A stretch of 26,472 nucleotides of DNA from an uncultured Actinomycetes bacterium (GCA_947085795.1 CAMTXY010000220.1:1-26472), one strand, 5' to 3'; positions 16,001 through 25,637 are shown, numbered from the stretch's first letter. Notes: generated by a model not told the origin, from the letters alone. Translations and numbers: made by a program.

Positions 16001-17287
16001 ATGCGCACCGTGAAAGTCGGCCTCATCGGCCTGGGAACCGTAGGCGCCGGAGTCGTGGAGATTTTCAACCGCCACCGGCAAGACTTCGTCCGCCGGGCCG
16101 GCGTCGACATCGAGCTGACCCGCTTCGCCGACCGCGAGGAGTCGCGCGCGGCCGAACTGGGCCTGCCCGCAGGCTCGTTCACCACTGATGCGTTCGACAT
16201 CATCAGCGATCCGGACGTCGACGTCGTCATCGAGCTCATCGGCGGTACCGGTGTCGCCCGCGAGATCGTGCTGGCGGCGCTCGCCGAAGGCAAGTCGGTC
16301 GTAACGGCCAACAAGGCGCTCATGGCCACGCATGGTCAGGAGGTGATGGATGCGGCGGCACGCCAGGGCGTCGACGTCATGTTCGAAGCCAGCGTCGGCG
16401 GCGGGATTCCGATCATCAGCCCGCTCAAGCACTGTCTCGTCTCCAACCAGATCGGGACGGTGATGGGCATCGTCAACGGCACGACCAACTACATGCTCAC
16501 CCGTATGGCCGCAGACGGCCTGGACTACGGCACCGCACTCGCCGAGGCACAGGAGCGCGGGTTCGCCGAGGCCGACCCGACCGCCGATGTCGACGGCCAC
16601 GACGCTGCGGCGAAGATCGCGATCCTCGCCAGCATCGCGTTCAATTCGCGCATCACGATCGACCAGGTGCCTGCCGAGGGCATCCGATCGCTCTCGCCAG
16701 CCGACATCGCGTACGCCCGCGAGATGGGCTACACCATCAAGCTGCTCGCCATCGCACGTCGCATCGATGGCGCGGTCGACATTCGCGTGCACCCCACGAT
16801 GATCCCGGTCGCCCACCCGCTTGCCGGCGTCAACGGCGTGTACAACGCGATCTACGTCATCGGCGACGCGGTCGGCGAGACGATGTTCTTCGGCGAGGGG
16901 GCCGGTTCGTTGCCGGCGGCCAGTGCGGTGGTCGGCGACGTGATCGAGGTGGCGCGCCACATCCGAAGCGGGTGCCTGAACCTGGTCGGCTGCACGTGCA
17001 ACGAGCAGCTGCCGGTCCGCGACATCGCCGACCTGACCTCGAGCTACTACGTGCGCCTGCGCGTCGCGGACAAGCCGGGCGTGCTCGCCGCGGTCGCCGG
17101 CGTGTTCGGCGCTCACGGCGTGTCGATCGGCTCGGTCATCCAGAAGACCGCCGATGAGACCGGTGCCGAGATCGTCTACGTCACCCATCGCGCCTCGGAG
17201 CGGGCGGTGCGCTTCGCGCTCGCCGAGATCGAGGCGCTCGACGTCGTGGCGACGCTCGGGACGGTCCTGCGCGTCGAGGATCTCTAG
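16001..17287 (+). CDS. hom: Homoserine dehydrogenase with C-terminal ACT domain
   Basis: GLIGLGTVG, VVTANKAL, FEASVGGGIPII, GIVNGTTNY, AEADPTADVDGHDAAAK, GAGSLPAASAV, ACT domain DKPGVLA. Confidence 0.96.
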   Translation: MRTVKVGLIGLGTVGAGVVEIFNRHRQDFVRRAGVDIELTRFADREESRAAELGLPAGSFTTDAFDIISDPDVDVVIELIGGTGVAREIVLAALAEGKSVVTANKALMATHGQEVMDAAARQGVDVMFEASVGGGIPIISPLKHCLVSNQIGTVMGIVNGTTNYMLTRMAADGLDYGTALAEAQERGFAEADPTADVDGHDAAAKIAILASIAFNSRITIDQVPAEGIRSLSPADIAYAREMGYTIKLLAIARRIDGAVDIRVHPTMIPVAHPLAGVNGVYNAIYVIGDAVGETMFFGEGAGSLPAASAVVGDVIEVARHIRSGCLNLVGCTCNEQLPVRDIADLTSSYYVRLRVADKPGVLAAVAGVFGAHGVSIGSVIQKTADETGAEIVYVTHRASERAVRFALAEIEALDVVATLGTVLRVEDL

Positions 17288-17292
17288 GGCGC

Positions 17293-18210
17293 ATGGCTGA
17301 CGTCACGATACGCGTGCCGGCGAGCGCGGCGAACCTCGGGCCGGGCTACGACGCCTTCGGGCTTGCGCTCGGGCTGTACAACACGTTTCGTGCTCAGCCC
17401 GCCGACACGTGGAGAGTGGAGGTGCGCGGCGAAGGGGAGGGACGTTTCGCCCGCGACGGTCGCAACCAGGTAGCCCGCGCGATGGCGCGTGCGTTCGCCG
17501 AGATCGACGGCGCGCATGCGGCTGCGCGCGTGGTTTGCGACAACGAGATCCCCACGAGTCGCGGGCTCGGTTCCTCGGCGGCGGCGATCGTGGGCGGCGT
17601 CGTGCTCGCCGACGCTCTGTGCGGCGGTGTCCTCGGCCGCGACCGGCTCTTCGGGATCGCGGCCGAGATGGAGGGTCATCCCGACAACGTGGCTGCGGCG
17701 CTCTTTGGCGGTTTCACCATCGGCTGGTCCGGCGAGGGCGCCCCCGGGGTCGCGGCTGTGTCGCCCGCAGACGGACTCGCCGCCGTTGTCGTCGTCGCGG
17801 ACGAATCTCTGCCGACCCGGACTTCGCGCGGTCTGCTGCCGAGGCAGGTGCCGCATGCCGACGCCGCGTTCAACGCCGGTCGCTCGGGTCTGCTCGCCGC
17901 AGGCATCGCGCTCGGCCGAGGAGACCTCATCGCCGCCGGACTGCATGACCGGCTCCACGAACCGTACCGCGTATCGGCTGTGCCGGACCTGGCCGAGGTA
18001 GCCCGGGCGCTCGTCGAGGCTGGAGCGCTCGGTGCTGTGCTCTCCGGTGCGGGGCCGACCGTGATCGGGCTCGTGAGCGCGGACGACGATGACGCGGCTT
18101 TCGAGGCGGCGACCCGGATCGCCGGCCGAGTCGGCGGACTCGACCCGGGGCGTCGGACCCCGCAGGCGCTGCGCATCGACCGGACGGGAGCCGCGGTCCT
18201 TACGGGCTGA
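17293..18210 (+). CDS. thrB: Homoserine kinase
   Basis: VPASAANLGPGYD, GHMP motif PTSRGLGSSAAA, EGHPDNVAAA, DRLHEPYR, SGAGPT. Confidence 0.95.
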   Translation: MADVTIRVPASAANLGPGYDAFGLALGLYNTFRAQPADTWRVEVRGEGEGRFARDGRNQVARAMARAFAEIDGAHAAARVVCDNEIPTSRGLGSSAAAIVGGVVLADALCGGVLGRDRLFGIAAEMEGHPDNVAAALFGGFTIGWSGEGAPGVAAVSPADGLAAVVVVADESLPTRTSRGLLPRQVPHADAAFNAGRSGLLAAGIALGRGDLIAAGLHDRLHEPYRVSAVPDLAEVARALVEAGALGAVLSGAGPTVIGLVSADDDDAAFEAATRIAGRVGGLDPGRRTPQALRIDRTGAAVLTG

Positions 18211-18320
18211 GTGCGCGAGCTGAGGGCGTGTATTGACCGCGCCCGCCTCCGTCGGGGAATATAGACTGTACCGCACCCGCCCGTCACCTCGTGCGACGGC
18301 CCTATCCGCGGAGGAACCCC

Positions 18321-19385
18321 ATGGATCAACCAGGCCCCGAGAGCCGTCCCGGCATCGAGCCGCCCGTCTCACAAGGATACGCCGTCCCGACGGCACCCCC
18401 CGCGACCGCACCTTCGTCCGTCGCGCCCCCCGCGAACGCGCCGGTGCAGCCCGCGCCGCGCACTTCCTCGGCGTGGAAATGGTTCATCGGCGTAGTGGCC
18501 GTGCTGCTCATCGGAGCGATGGCCTTCTGTGGCCTGGCCGTGCTCGCCGTCGCCCCGATCTCAGGGCCGTCGTTCTCGATCGACGAGAACATCGCGCTCA
18601 TCCACGTCGACGGCGTGATCGCCGGCACGGGAAGCGAGTTCGACGGCGTCATCACGCCCGAAGCGATAATCGACAAGCTCGGCAAGGCGCTCGCCGACCC
18701 GACTGTCAAGGCGATTCTGCTGCGCATCGATTCGCCGGGTGGGACGGTGGCCGCCTCGCAGGAGATCGCCACCGAGATCGCTCGTGCCGCCGAGGAGAAG
18801 CCGGTCGTCGCGAGCGTCGGCGATGTCGCGGCGAGCGGCGGATACATGATCGCCTCGCAGTGCGACGAGATCGTCGCGAACCCGACCTCGGCGGTCGGCA
18901 GCATCGGCGTCATCACCCAGATTCCCAACGTCGCCGGCCTGCTCGAGAAGCTCGGTATCGAGTTCACCGTGTTCACCGCAGGCGATCACAAAGACGCCGG
19001 CAGCCCGTTCCGTTCGATGACCGCGACCGAGACCGCGCTCATCCAGACCGAGGTCGACGTCGCCTACGATGAGTTCATCCGCATCGTCGCCGAGGGCCGC
19101 GACCTGCCTGAGGACAAAGTGCGCGAGATGGCGACGGGCTTCGCCTGGTCGGCGCTCGTGGCCAAGGAGATGGGGCTCGTCGACACGCTGGGCACCTACA
19201 ACGACGCGGTGGACCGCGCCGCCGAACTCGGCGGGATCGAGGGTGAACCGGGCATCGTGACCTACGACGAATACGACTACGGCACGTTCCTGCGCTTCTT
19301 ACTCGGCGCGTCGGCGCGCCTCGACCGGCTTGAGGTGCTCACCCGTACGCTGACGGGACCTGCCGCACCGGCGCTGCCGAGATAG
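18321..19385 (+). CDS. sppA: Signal peptide peptidase SppA (S49, short form)
   Basis: ATG at 18321 with GGAGGA RBS. Pro-rich N-terminus, TM segment, RIDSPGG, AASGGYMIA, GSIGVI, KDAGSPFR. Confidence 0.93.
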   Translation: MDQPGPESRPGIEPPVSQGYAVPTAPPATAPSSVAPPANAPVQPAPRTSSAWKWFIGVVAVLLIGAMAFCGLAVLAVAPISGPSFSIDENIALIHVDGVIAGTGSEFDGVITPEAIIDKLGKALADPTVKAILLRIDSPGGTVAASQEIATEIARAAEEKPVVASVGDVAASGGYMIASQCDEIVANPTSAVGSIGVITQIPNVAGLLEKLGIEFTVFTAGDHKDAGSPFRSMTATETALIQTEVDVAYDEFIRIVAEGRDLPEDKVREMATGFAWSALVAKEMGLVDTLGTYNDAVDRAAELGGIEGEPGIVTYDEYDYGTFLRFLLGASARLDRLEVLTRTLTGPAAPALPR

Positions 19386-19420
19386 ACACGCGAACACCGT
19401 CCGCGACCCACGGAGGATCT

Positions 19421-20257
19421 GTGACCACAGAGGCTCTCATCCGCATCGCACACATCTCCGACCTGCACTGCGGGTCGCAATACCACATCCCCTCGCTGGC
19501 CACTCGCGTCATCGACGAGCTCAACGAACTCAAGCCCGACATGGTGGTGGTGACCGGCGACCTGACCGACATGGGGTTCCGCCAGGAGTTCAAGCAGGCT
19601 CATCGGCTGCTCTCGCGCCTCCAGTGTCAGGAGCGCATGGTACTCCTCGGCAATCACGACGCGCGCAACGTCGGCGACGAGCATTTCAGCGAGATGTTCG
19701 GCACGCGCAGTAAGGTGCTGCTGCACGGGTGCGTGCGGATCCTCGGAATCGATTCGAGCGAACCGGACCTCGACGCCGGACGCGTGGGCCGTAACCGCTA
19801 CAAGTGGATCGAGGAGCGCTTCAGCGACCCTGACGAGTTCAAGGTGCTCGCGATGCACCACCACCTCGTGCCGGTGCCGGGCACCGGTCGCGAGCGCAAC
19901 GTCGTCTACGACGCAGGCGACATGCTGCGCGTGCTCTCGCATTGCGGTGCCGACCTCGTGTTGTGCGGCCACAAGCACGTCCCGAACGTCTGGCGTCTCG
20001 AGGATATGCTCATCGTCAACGCCGGCACCGCGTGCTCGCACCGCCTGCGCGGGCGCGTGCGGCCCTGCTACAACATCATCGAGGTCATCGGCGGTTCGCG
20101 CGTGCGCGTGCTGCTCAAGGAGCCATACGTCGATCCCGAGGTCGTCGCCGACTACCACGAGCTCCACAAGCGCTACTGCAGCTGGCGTCCGAAGAGCGAG
20201 CCGGCCGACGCCGAGATCGTGCCCACTCCTGAATCTGCCGAGGAGACCGCCTCATGA
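19421..20257 (+). CDS. Calcineurin-like metallophosphoesterase (CpdA/Icc-like)
   Basis: All five metal-binding motifs: HISDLH, TGDLT, GNHD, MHHH, GHKH. Confidence 0.92.
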   Translation: MTTEALIRIAHISDLHCGSQYHIPSLATRVIDELNELKPDMVVVTGDLTDMGFRQEFKQAHRLLSRLQCQERMVLLGNHDARNVGDEHFSEMFGTRSKVLLHGCVRILGIDSSEPDLDAGRVGRNRYKWIEERFSDPDEFKVLAMHHHLVPVPGTGRERNVVYDAGDMLRVLSHCGADLVLCGHKHVPNVWRLEDMLIVNAGTACSHRLRGRVRPCYNIIEVIGGSRVRVLLKEPYVDPEVVADYHELHKRYCSWRPKSEPADAEIVPTPESAEETAS

Positions 20258-21600
20258 CCCGTATCGTCGCGCTCATCGACGGGGAGCACTACCCGCCTGT
20301 CGTCCGCTTCGCGCTCGAGAGTCTCGCGCGCGAACACGAAGTGGCCGCCGCGGCGTTCATCGGCGGGACCGAGAAGGTCGACCTCGAGAGGGGGATGGAC
20401 ACCTACGGCGTACCGGTCGTCACCGCCGCCACGCCCGAAGACGCGGTCCGTGAGGTGATAGTCCGCTATGAGCCTGTCACCGTGATCGACCTCTCCGACG
20501 AGCCGGTAGTCTCGAGCGCCGACCGTTTCCGGCTCGCCGGTATCGCGCTGTCATGCGGCGTGGAGTACCGCGGCGCCGACTTCACGTTCACGCCGCCGCG
20601 CGCGCAGCTGGCCACCAGCACGCCGACGCTCGGACTCATCGGTACCGGCAAGCGAGTGGGCAAGACCGCCGTTTCAGGCTACGTCGCGCGCGAGCTGACC
20701 GCTGCTGGGCGTGATATCTGCGTTCTGGCGATGGGCCGAGGCGGCCCCTCCGAACCAGAGATAATCCACGGAGAGAAGGTCAGGCTGACCACGCCCGACC
20801 TGCTCGAACTCGCCCGTCAGGGAAAGCATGCGAGCAGCGACAACTACGAGGACGCGGTCATGAGTCGCGTGACCACCGTGGGCTGTCGGCGCTGCGGCGG
20901 AGGCATGGCGGGCGAGACGTTCTTCTCCAACGTCCCGGAGGGCGCGCGCCTCGCCGACACGCTCGGCAAGGAGCTCATCGTGCTCGAGGGTTCCGGGGCC
21001 GCGATCCCGCCCGTGCACGCCGACGCGAGCATCCTCGTGGTGGGTGCCGGTCGCGGTCTGGACTACGTGCGCGGGTATTTCGGGCCTTATCGCCTCGGTC
21101 TGGCCGATCTCATCGTGATCGCCACTGCCGAGGAACCCGTCGCATCGCCTGACGACATCGCCTCCATCCGCAAGGCCGTGGCCGAACTGGCGCCCGGCGT
21201 GCCGTGTCTGGCCACGACGTTCCGCCCGTGCCCGGTCGAACCGGTGGAAGGGGCCAAGGTGTTCTTCGCCACCACCGCGCCCGCACAGGTGCTGCCCAAG
21301 CTAGTCGAGCACCTCGAACGCGACCACGGGTGCGAGGTGGTGGGTTCGAGCGCGAACCTGTCGAACCGCGCCAAGCTGCGCGAGGACATGCGCGCGGCGC
21401 AGGGCCGTTACGACCTGCTGCTCACCGAGCTCAAGGCGGCCGCGATCGACGTCGTGGCGGCGGCTGGCGAGGAGAGCGGCGTCCCGACGGTTCTCTGTGA
21501 CAACGTGCCCGTGCCGCTCGACGACAGTGCCGACCTGTCTTCGGCGGTGCTGGCGGCGGCGCATATCGCGCTCGAGCGCGGGTCGGCGAGAGGGGTGTGA
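20254..21600 (+). CDS. cpgS: Cyclic 2,3-diphosphoglycerate synthetase
   Basis: ALIDGEHYPPVV, P-loop GTGKRVGKTAVS, AMGRGGPSEPE, SDNYEDA, GCRRCGGGMAG, LEGSGAAIPP, LLTELKAAAIDVV. Directly upstream of a 2-phosphoglycerate kinase. Confidence 0.9.
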   Translation: MTRIVALIDGEHYPPVVRFALESLAREHEVAAAAFIGGTEKVDLERGMDTYGVPVVTAATPEDAVREVIVRYEPVTVIDLSDEPVVSSADRFRLAGIALSCGVEYRGADFTFTPPRAQLATSTPTLGLIGTGKRVGKTAVSGYVARELTAAGRDICVLAMGRGGPSEPEIIHGEKVRLTTPDLLELARQGKHASSDNYEDAVMSRVTTVGCRRCGGGMAGETFFSNVPEGARLADTLGKELIVLEGSGAAIPPVHADASILVVGAGRGLDYVRGYFGPYRLGLADLIVIATAEEPVASPDDIASIRKAVAELAPGVPCLATTFRPCPVEPVEGAKVFFATTAPAQVLPKLVEHLERDHGCEVVGSSANLSNRAKLREDMRAAQGRYDLLLTELKAAAIDVVAAAGEESGVPTVLCDNVPVPLDDSADLSSAVLAAAHIALERGSARGV

Positions 21601-21604
21601 TCCG

Positions 21605-22528
21605 GTGAAGCCGCACCCCAAGACGATCATCCTGTCCGACAAGCGTCACGGTCTGCCGTTCTCCAAGGGGCTACTCGCCCAGTCGTTCATGGCCACGGGC
21701 CTCGGTCCGGGGCGTGCGTACGAGATCGCCCAGGCGATCCAGGACGATCTGCGAGACAACGACGAGCTGTCGATCACGATCAAGCGGCTGAGGATGCTTG
21801 CGCAGGAGTACCTCGAGCGGATGGCTGGCGAGCAGTACGCGGTACGCTATCTGCGACTTCACGAGGTCTCGAAACTCGACAAGCCGCTCATCGTAATGCT
21901 CGGCGGTACGACCGGCGTGGGCAAGTCGACCATCGCAACGGAGGTGGCCCACCGTCTCGGAATCACGCGCATCGTGTCGACGGATTCCATTAGGGAGGTC
22001 ATGCGTGGTATCTTCACAAGAGACCTCATGCCCGCGATCCACGAGAGCGCGTTCAACGCATGGCAGGGTCTGCGAGTCCCGGTGCCGCACGGCACCGACC
22101 CCGTGATCGTCGGTTTCCGCGAGCAGACCGCCGTGGTGACGACCGGAGTGCAAGCGCTGATCGACCGCTCGGTGCTCGAGGGGGACAGCCTCGTTCTGGA
22201 AGGCATCCACCTCGTGCCCGGATACATCGAGCCGCAGCACTTCAAGAACGCGCGGGTCGCGCAACTTGTCATCGCCGTGGAAGACGAAGACGCTCATCGC
22301 AGCCACTTCTACATCCGAGAGGTCCAGACCGACGGGATGCGCCCGTTCGAGCGCTACCGCACGAACTTCGGCAACATCCGCTTACTCGGTCATTACATAG
22401 AGGATCTGGCCCGCGAACACGGGACCCCCGTGCTCGTGAGTCACCAGCTCGACCTGACCGTGTCCGACGTGCTCGAACGTATCGTGAATTCGGCCATCGA
22501 AGACGAGTGCGACGCGCACCGTGAGTAG
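21605..22528 (+). CDS. pgk2: 2-phosphoglycerate kinase with N-terminal ATP-cone
   Basis: GTG at 21605. ATP-cone PFSKGLLAQSFMATG, P-loop LGGTTGVGKSTIATEVAHRLGI, STDSIREVMR, IHESAF, LEGIHLVPG. Confidence 0.9.
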   Translation: MKPHPKTIILSDKRHGLPFSKGLLAQSFMATGLGPGRAYEIAQAIQDDLRDNDELSITIKRLRMLAQEYLERMAGEQYAVRYLRLHEVSKLDKPLIVMLGGTTGVGKSTIATEVAHRLGITRIVSTDSIREVMRGIFTRDLMPAIHESAFNAWQGLRVPVPHGTDPVIVGFREQTAVVTTGVQALIDRSVLEGDSLVLEGIHLVPGYIEPQHFKNARVAQLVIAVEDEDAHRSHFYIREVQTDGMRPFERYRTNFGNIRLLGHYIEDLAREHGTPVLVSHQLDLTVSDVLERIVNSAIEDECDAHRE

Positions 22529-22561
22529 GGTGCGCACCGGCTACAAAGGAGGTAGCGATCT

Positions 22562-23224
22562 GTGAAGTTCTTCTTAGACACCGCCAATCTCGACGAGATT
22601 CGCGAAGCCGCGAGTTGGGGCGTGCTCTCGGGCGTGACCACCAACCCGACGCTCTATGCCCGCGAAGGCGGTAGACTCGCCGACTTCCACGACCACATCG
22701 TGCGGATCTGCGAGATCGCCGGCGGCCCCGTCTCGGCCGAGACCGTCTCGCTGTCGCGCGACGAGATCGTCGCCGAGGGCATGGAGCTCGCGGCACTGCA
22801 TCCCGACGTCGTCGTCAAGGTGCCGACCATGCCCGAGGGCCTGGCTGCGACCCGCGCTCTTGCCGAGAAGGGTGTCAAGGTCAACATGACGTTGTGTTTC
22901 ACGGTGCCGCAGGCGCTGCTCGCCGCGCGTTCGGGTGCCGCGTATGTCTCGCCGTTCATCGGTCGGTTCGACGACATCTCCGAGGACGGTTCGGAGCATC
23001 TCGCGAACGTGGTGCACGCGTTGAACAACTACGATTTCGGTCACACGGTCGAAGTGATCGCGGCATCGGTGCGCCATCCCGGGCACGTGCTTCAGGCCGC
23101 TCTCATCGGCGCCGATATCGCAACTGTGCCGATGGCCACGCTTGAGAAGTGCATCAAGCACCCCCTCACTGACCGGGGTCTCGAATCGTTCCTCGCCGAC
23201 TGGGAGAAGGTCGAGAACTCATGA
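22562..23224 (+). CDS. tal: Transaldolase (TalC/FSA family)
   Basis: MKFFLDTAN, GVTTNPTL, VKVP, VNMTLCF. Glu in VSAETVS and Phe in SPFIGR fit transaldolase rather than FSA. Confidence 0.9.
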   Translation: MKFFLDTANLDEIREAASWGVLSGVTTNPTLYAREGGRLADFHDHIVRICEIAGGPVSAETVSLSRDEIVAEGMELAALHPDVVVKVPTMPEGLAATRALAEKGVKVNMTLCFTVPQALLAARSGAAYVSPFIGRFDDISEDGSEHLANVVHALNNYDFGHTVEVIAASVRHPGHVLQAALIGADIATVPMATLEKCIKHPLTDRGLESFLADWEKVENS

Positions 23225-24573
23225 GCGCCAGACCCCGTAAACGCGGCCGTCGCGGTAGTAGCGGACAGCCGCAGGAGCCAAGACCCTCCGTCACCAGACC
23301 CGAACTCGAAGCTAAGACGGTAGCCGAGCTCAAGGTCATAGCTACCGAGCTGTCGCTCGACATCAAAGTGTTGAAGAAGAAGGACGAGCTCATCGACGCT
23401 GTGCTTGAGGCCAAGGTCAAGTCCGAGGGTTTCATCGAGATCAGCGGCATCCTCGATATCCTACCCGAAGGCTACGGCTTCATCCGCACGAGCGGATACC
23501 TGCCTGGCGACCGGGACGTGTACTGCTCGATGTCGCAGATCCGCAAGTTCGACCTGCGCCGCGGCGACATGCTCATCGGCCAGGTCCGCCCGCCCAAGGA
23601 CAACGAGAAGTACTCGGCGCTCCAGCGCGTCGATTCGGTCAACAGCGTGCCGACCGAACAGGCGCGCGGCCGCAAGCGCTTCGGCGATCTCACACCGGTC
23701 TACCCTGACGAACGCCTGCGTCTGGAGCATGGAGCCGAGACCATCACGGCCCGCGTCATGGATCTCGTCGCGCCAATCGGCAAGGGCCAGCGCGGACTGA
23801 TCGTCTCGCCGCCCAGAGCCGGCAAGACCACCGTGCTCAAGGACATCGCCGCGTCGATCACGGCGAACAGCCCCGAGGTCTACCTCATGTGCCTGCTCGT
23901 GGACGAGCGGCCTGAGGAAGTCACCGATATGGAGCGCTCGATTCATGGAGAGGTCGTCTCCTCGACGTTGGACATGCCCAGCGAGAACCACATCGCCGTG
24001 GCCGAGCTGGTGATGGAACGCGCCAAGCGTCTCGTGGAGTCCGGCTTCGACGTCTTGATCCTGCTCGACTCGATCACTCGTCTCGCGCGCGCGTACAACC
24101 TCGCCACACCGGCGTCGGGCCGCATCCTGTCCGGCGGTGTCGACTCGACCGCGCTCTACCCGCCCAAGAAGTTCTTCGGCGCGGCGCGCAACATCGAGAA
24201 CGGCGGCTCGCTCACCATTCTGGCGACTGCGCTTGTCGACACCGGCTCGAAGATGGACGAGGTCATCTTCGAGGAGTTCAAGGGTACCGGCAACATGGAG
24301 CTGCGCCTCGACCGTTCGATGGCCGACCGCCGCATCTTCCCGGCGATCGACGTTATCACGTCGGGCACGCGCAAAGAGGAACTGCTGCTCGAGCCGGTCG
24401 AGGCGCCGTTCGTGTGGGGTCTGCGCCGCATCCTGCACGGTGTGGACTCGGCCGAGCGCGCCATGGACATGCTCATCAAGGGCCTCAGGCAGACGAAAAG
24501 CAACCAGGAGTTCCTCTCCAAGATGGCCAAACGCGCCGATGAGAAGCGCCACACCAACGGCATCGACCTGTGA
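23221..24573 (+). CDS. rho: Transcription termination factor Rho
   Basis: GILDILPEGYGFIR, APIGKGQRGLIVSPPRAGKT, LVDERPEEVTD, LDSITRLARAYN, FEEFKGTGNME. ATGA overlap with tal. Confidence 0.98.
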   Translation: MSARPRKRGRRGSSGQPQEPRPSVTRPELEAKTVAELKVIATELSLDIKVLKKKDELIDAVLEAKVKSEGFIEISGILDILPEGYGFIRTSGYLPGDRDVYCSMSQIRKFDLRRGDMLIGQVRPPKDNEKYSALQRVDSVNSVPTEQARGRKRFGDLTPVYPDERLRLEHGAETITARVMDLVAPIGKGQRGLIVSPPRAGKTTVLKDIAASITANSPEVYLMCLLVDERPEEVTDMERSIHGEVVSSTLDMPSENHIAVAELVMERAKRLVESGFDVLILLDSITRLARAYNLATPASGRILSGGVDSTALYPPKKFFGAARNIENGGSLTILATALVDTGSKMDEVIFEEFKGTGNMELRLDRSMADRRIFPAIDVITSGTRKEELLLEPVEAPFVWGLRRILHGVDSAERAMDMLIKGLRQTKSNQEFLSKMAKRADEKRHTNGIDL

Positions 24574-24692
24574 AGTCCGCAGGTCGAATCGGACAGGTCG
24601 GATCGGGGCGGCTGTAGCTCTACGTATCGTCGCCAGCCTCGCGTACACTGATACGCTACACAAGGTGGAACGGTCGGGAAGGGGTGCGGGAG

Positions 24693-25607
24693 ATGGCGCT
24701 GCCCACAGTGGGCAAGATCTGGATGGACGGCGAGTTCGTCGACTGGGACATGGCCCAGGTCCACGTCCTGACGCACGCGCTTCACTACGGCTCCGGCGTC
24801 TTCGAGGGCATCCGCTGCTACAAGACCCCTGACGGACCTGCCGTCTTCCGGCTGACCGAGCATATGGAGCGCCTGAAGCGCAGCGCGTCGATGCTGCTCA
24901 TGGACCTCGGCTACACCGTGGAAGAGACGGTTGCAGCGGTCAAGGAGACCATCCGCGTCAACGGACTCAACTCCTGTTACGTCCGGCCGCTTGTGTTCCG
25001 CGGTTACGGCGTCATGGGCCTCGACCCGCTGCCCGCTCCCGTCAACGTGGTCATCGCGGCGTGGCCGTGGGACACCTATCTTGGCGAAGACGCCCTCAAG
25101 CATGGCGTCGCCGTCGGTGTCTCGAGCTGGCGCCAGCGCGGCATCAACGCAACCCCGCCGGCGATCAAGGCGACCGGCCAGTACATCAACTCCTCACTCG
25201 CGCGCATGGAGGCCAACAAGCATGGTTACGCCGAAGCCGTCCTCCTCAACGAGGAAGGCAAGGTCTGCGAAGGCACCGGCGAGAACCTGTTCATAGTCAA
25301 GAAGGGCGTCATCCACACCCCGCCGGTCTCTGACGGCATCCTTGAGGGCATCACTCGCGACAGTATCATGACGCTCGCCGACGACAAGGGCTATCGGGTC
25401 CGCGAGACCTCGCTCGTGCGCACCGATCTGTACACCGCCGACGAGATGTTCATGACGGGTTCGGCCGCCGAGGTCGTCCCCGTTCACTCGGTCGACGGCC
25501 GCGAGATCGGCGATCCCGGTCCGATCACGCTAGATCTGCAGGAGACGTTCTTCCGCGTCGTCGAGGGTGGCGAGCCGGCCTACGCCGCGTGGCTCGAGCA
25601 CGTGTAG
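24693..25607 (+). CDS. ilvE: Branched-chain amino acid aminotransferase
   Basis: LHYGSGVFEGIRCY, YVRPLVFRG, KATGQYINS, EGTGENLF, LEGITRDS, DEMFMTGSAAEV. Confidence 0.96.
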   Translation: MALPTVGKIWMDGEFVDWDMAQVHVLTHALHYGSGVFEGIRCYKTPDGPAVFRLTEHMERLKRSASMLLMDLGYTVEETVAAVKETIRVNGLNSCYVRPLVFRGYGVMGLDPLPAPVNVVIAAWPWDTYLGEDALKHGVAVGVSSWRQRGINATPPAIKATGQYINSSLARMEANKHGYAEAVLLNEEGKVCEGTGENLFIVKKGVIHTPPVSDGILEGITRDSIMTLADDKGYRVRETSLVRTDLYTADEMFMTGSAAEVVPVHSVDGREIGDPGPITLDLQETFFRVVEGGEPAYAAWLEHV

Positions 25608-25637
25608 CACCCGCCCTGCCAAGGAGGTCACGCCATC

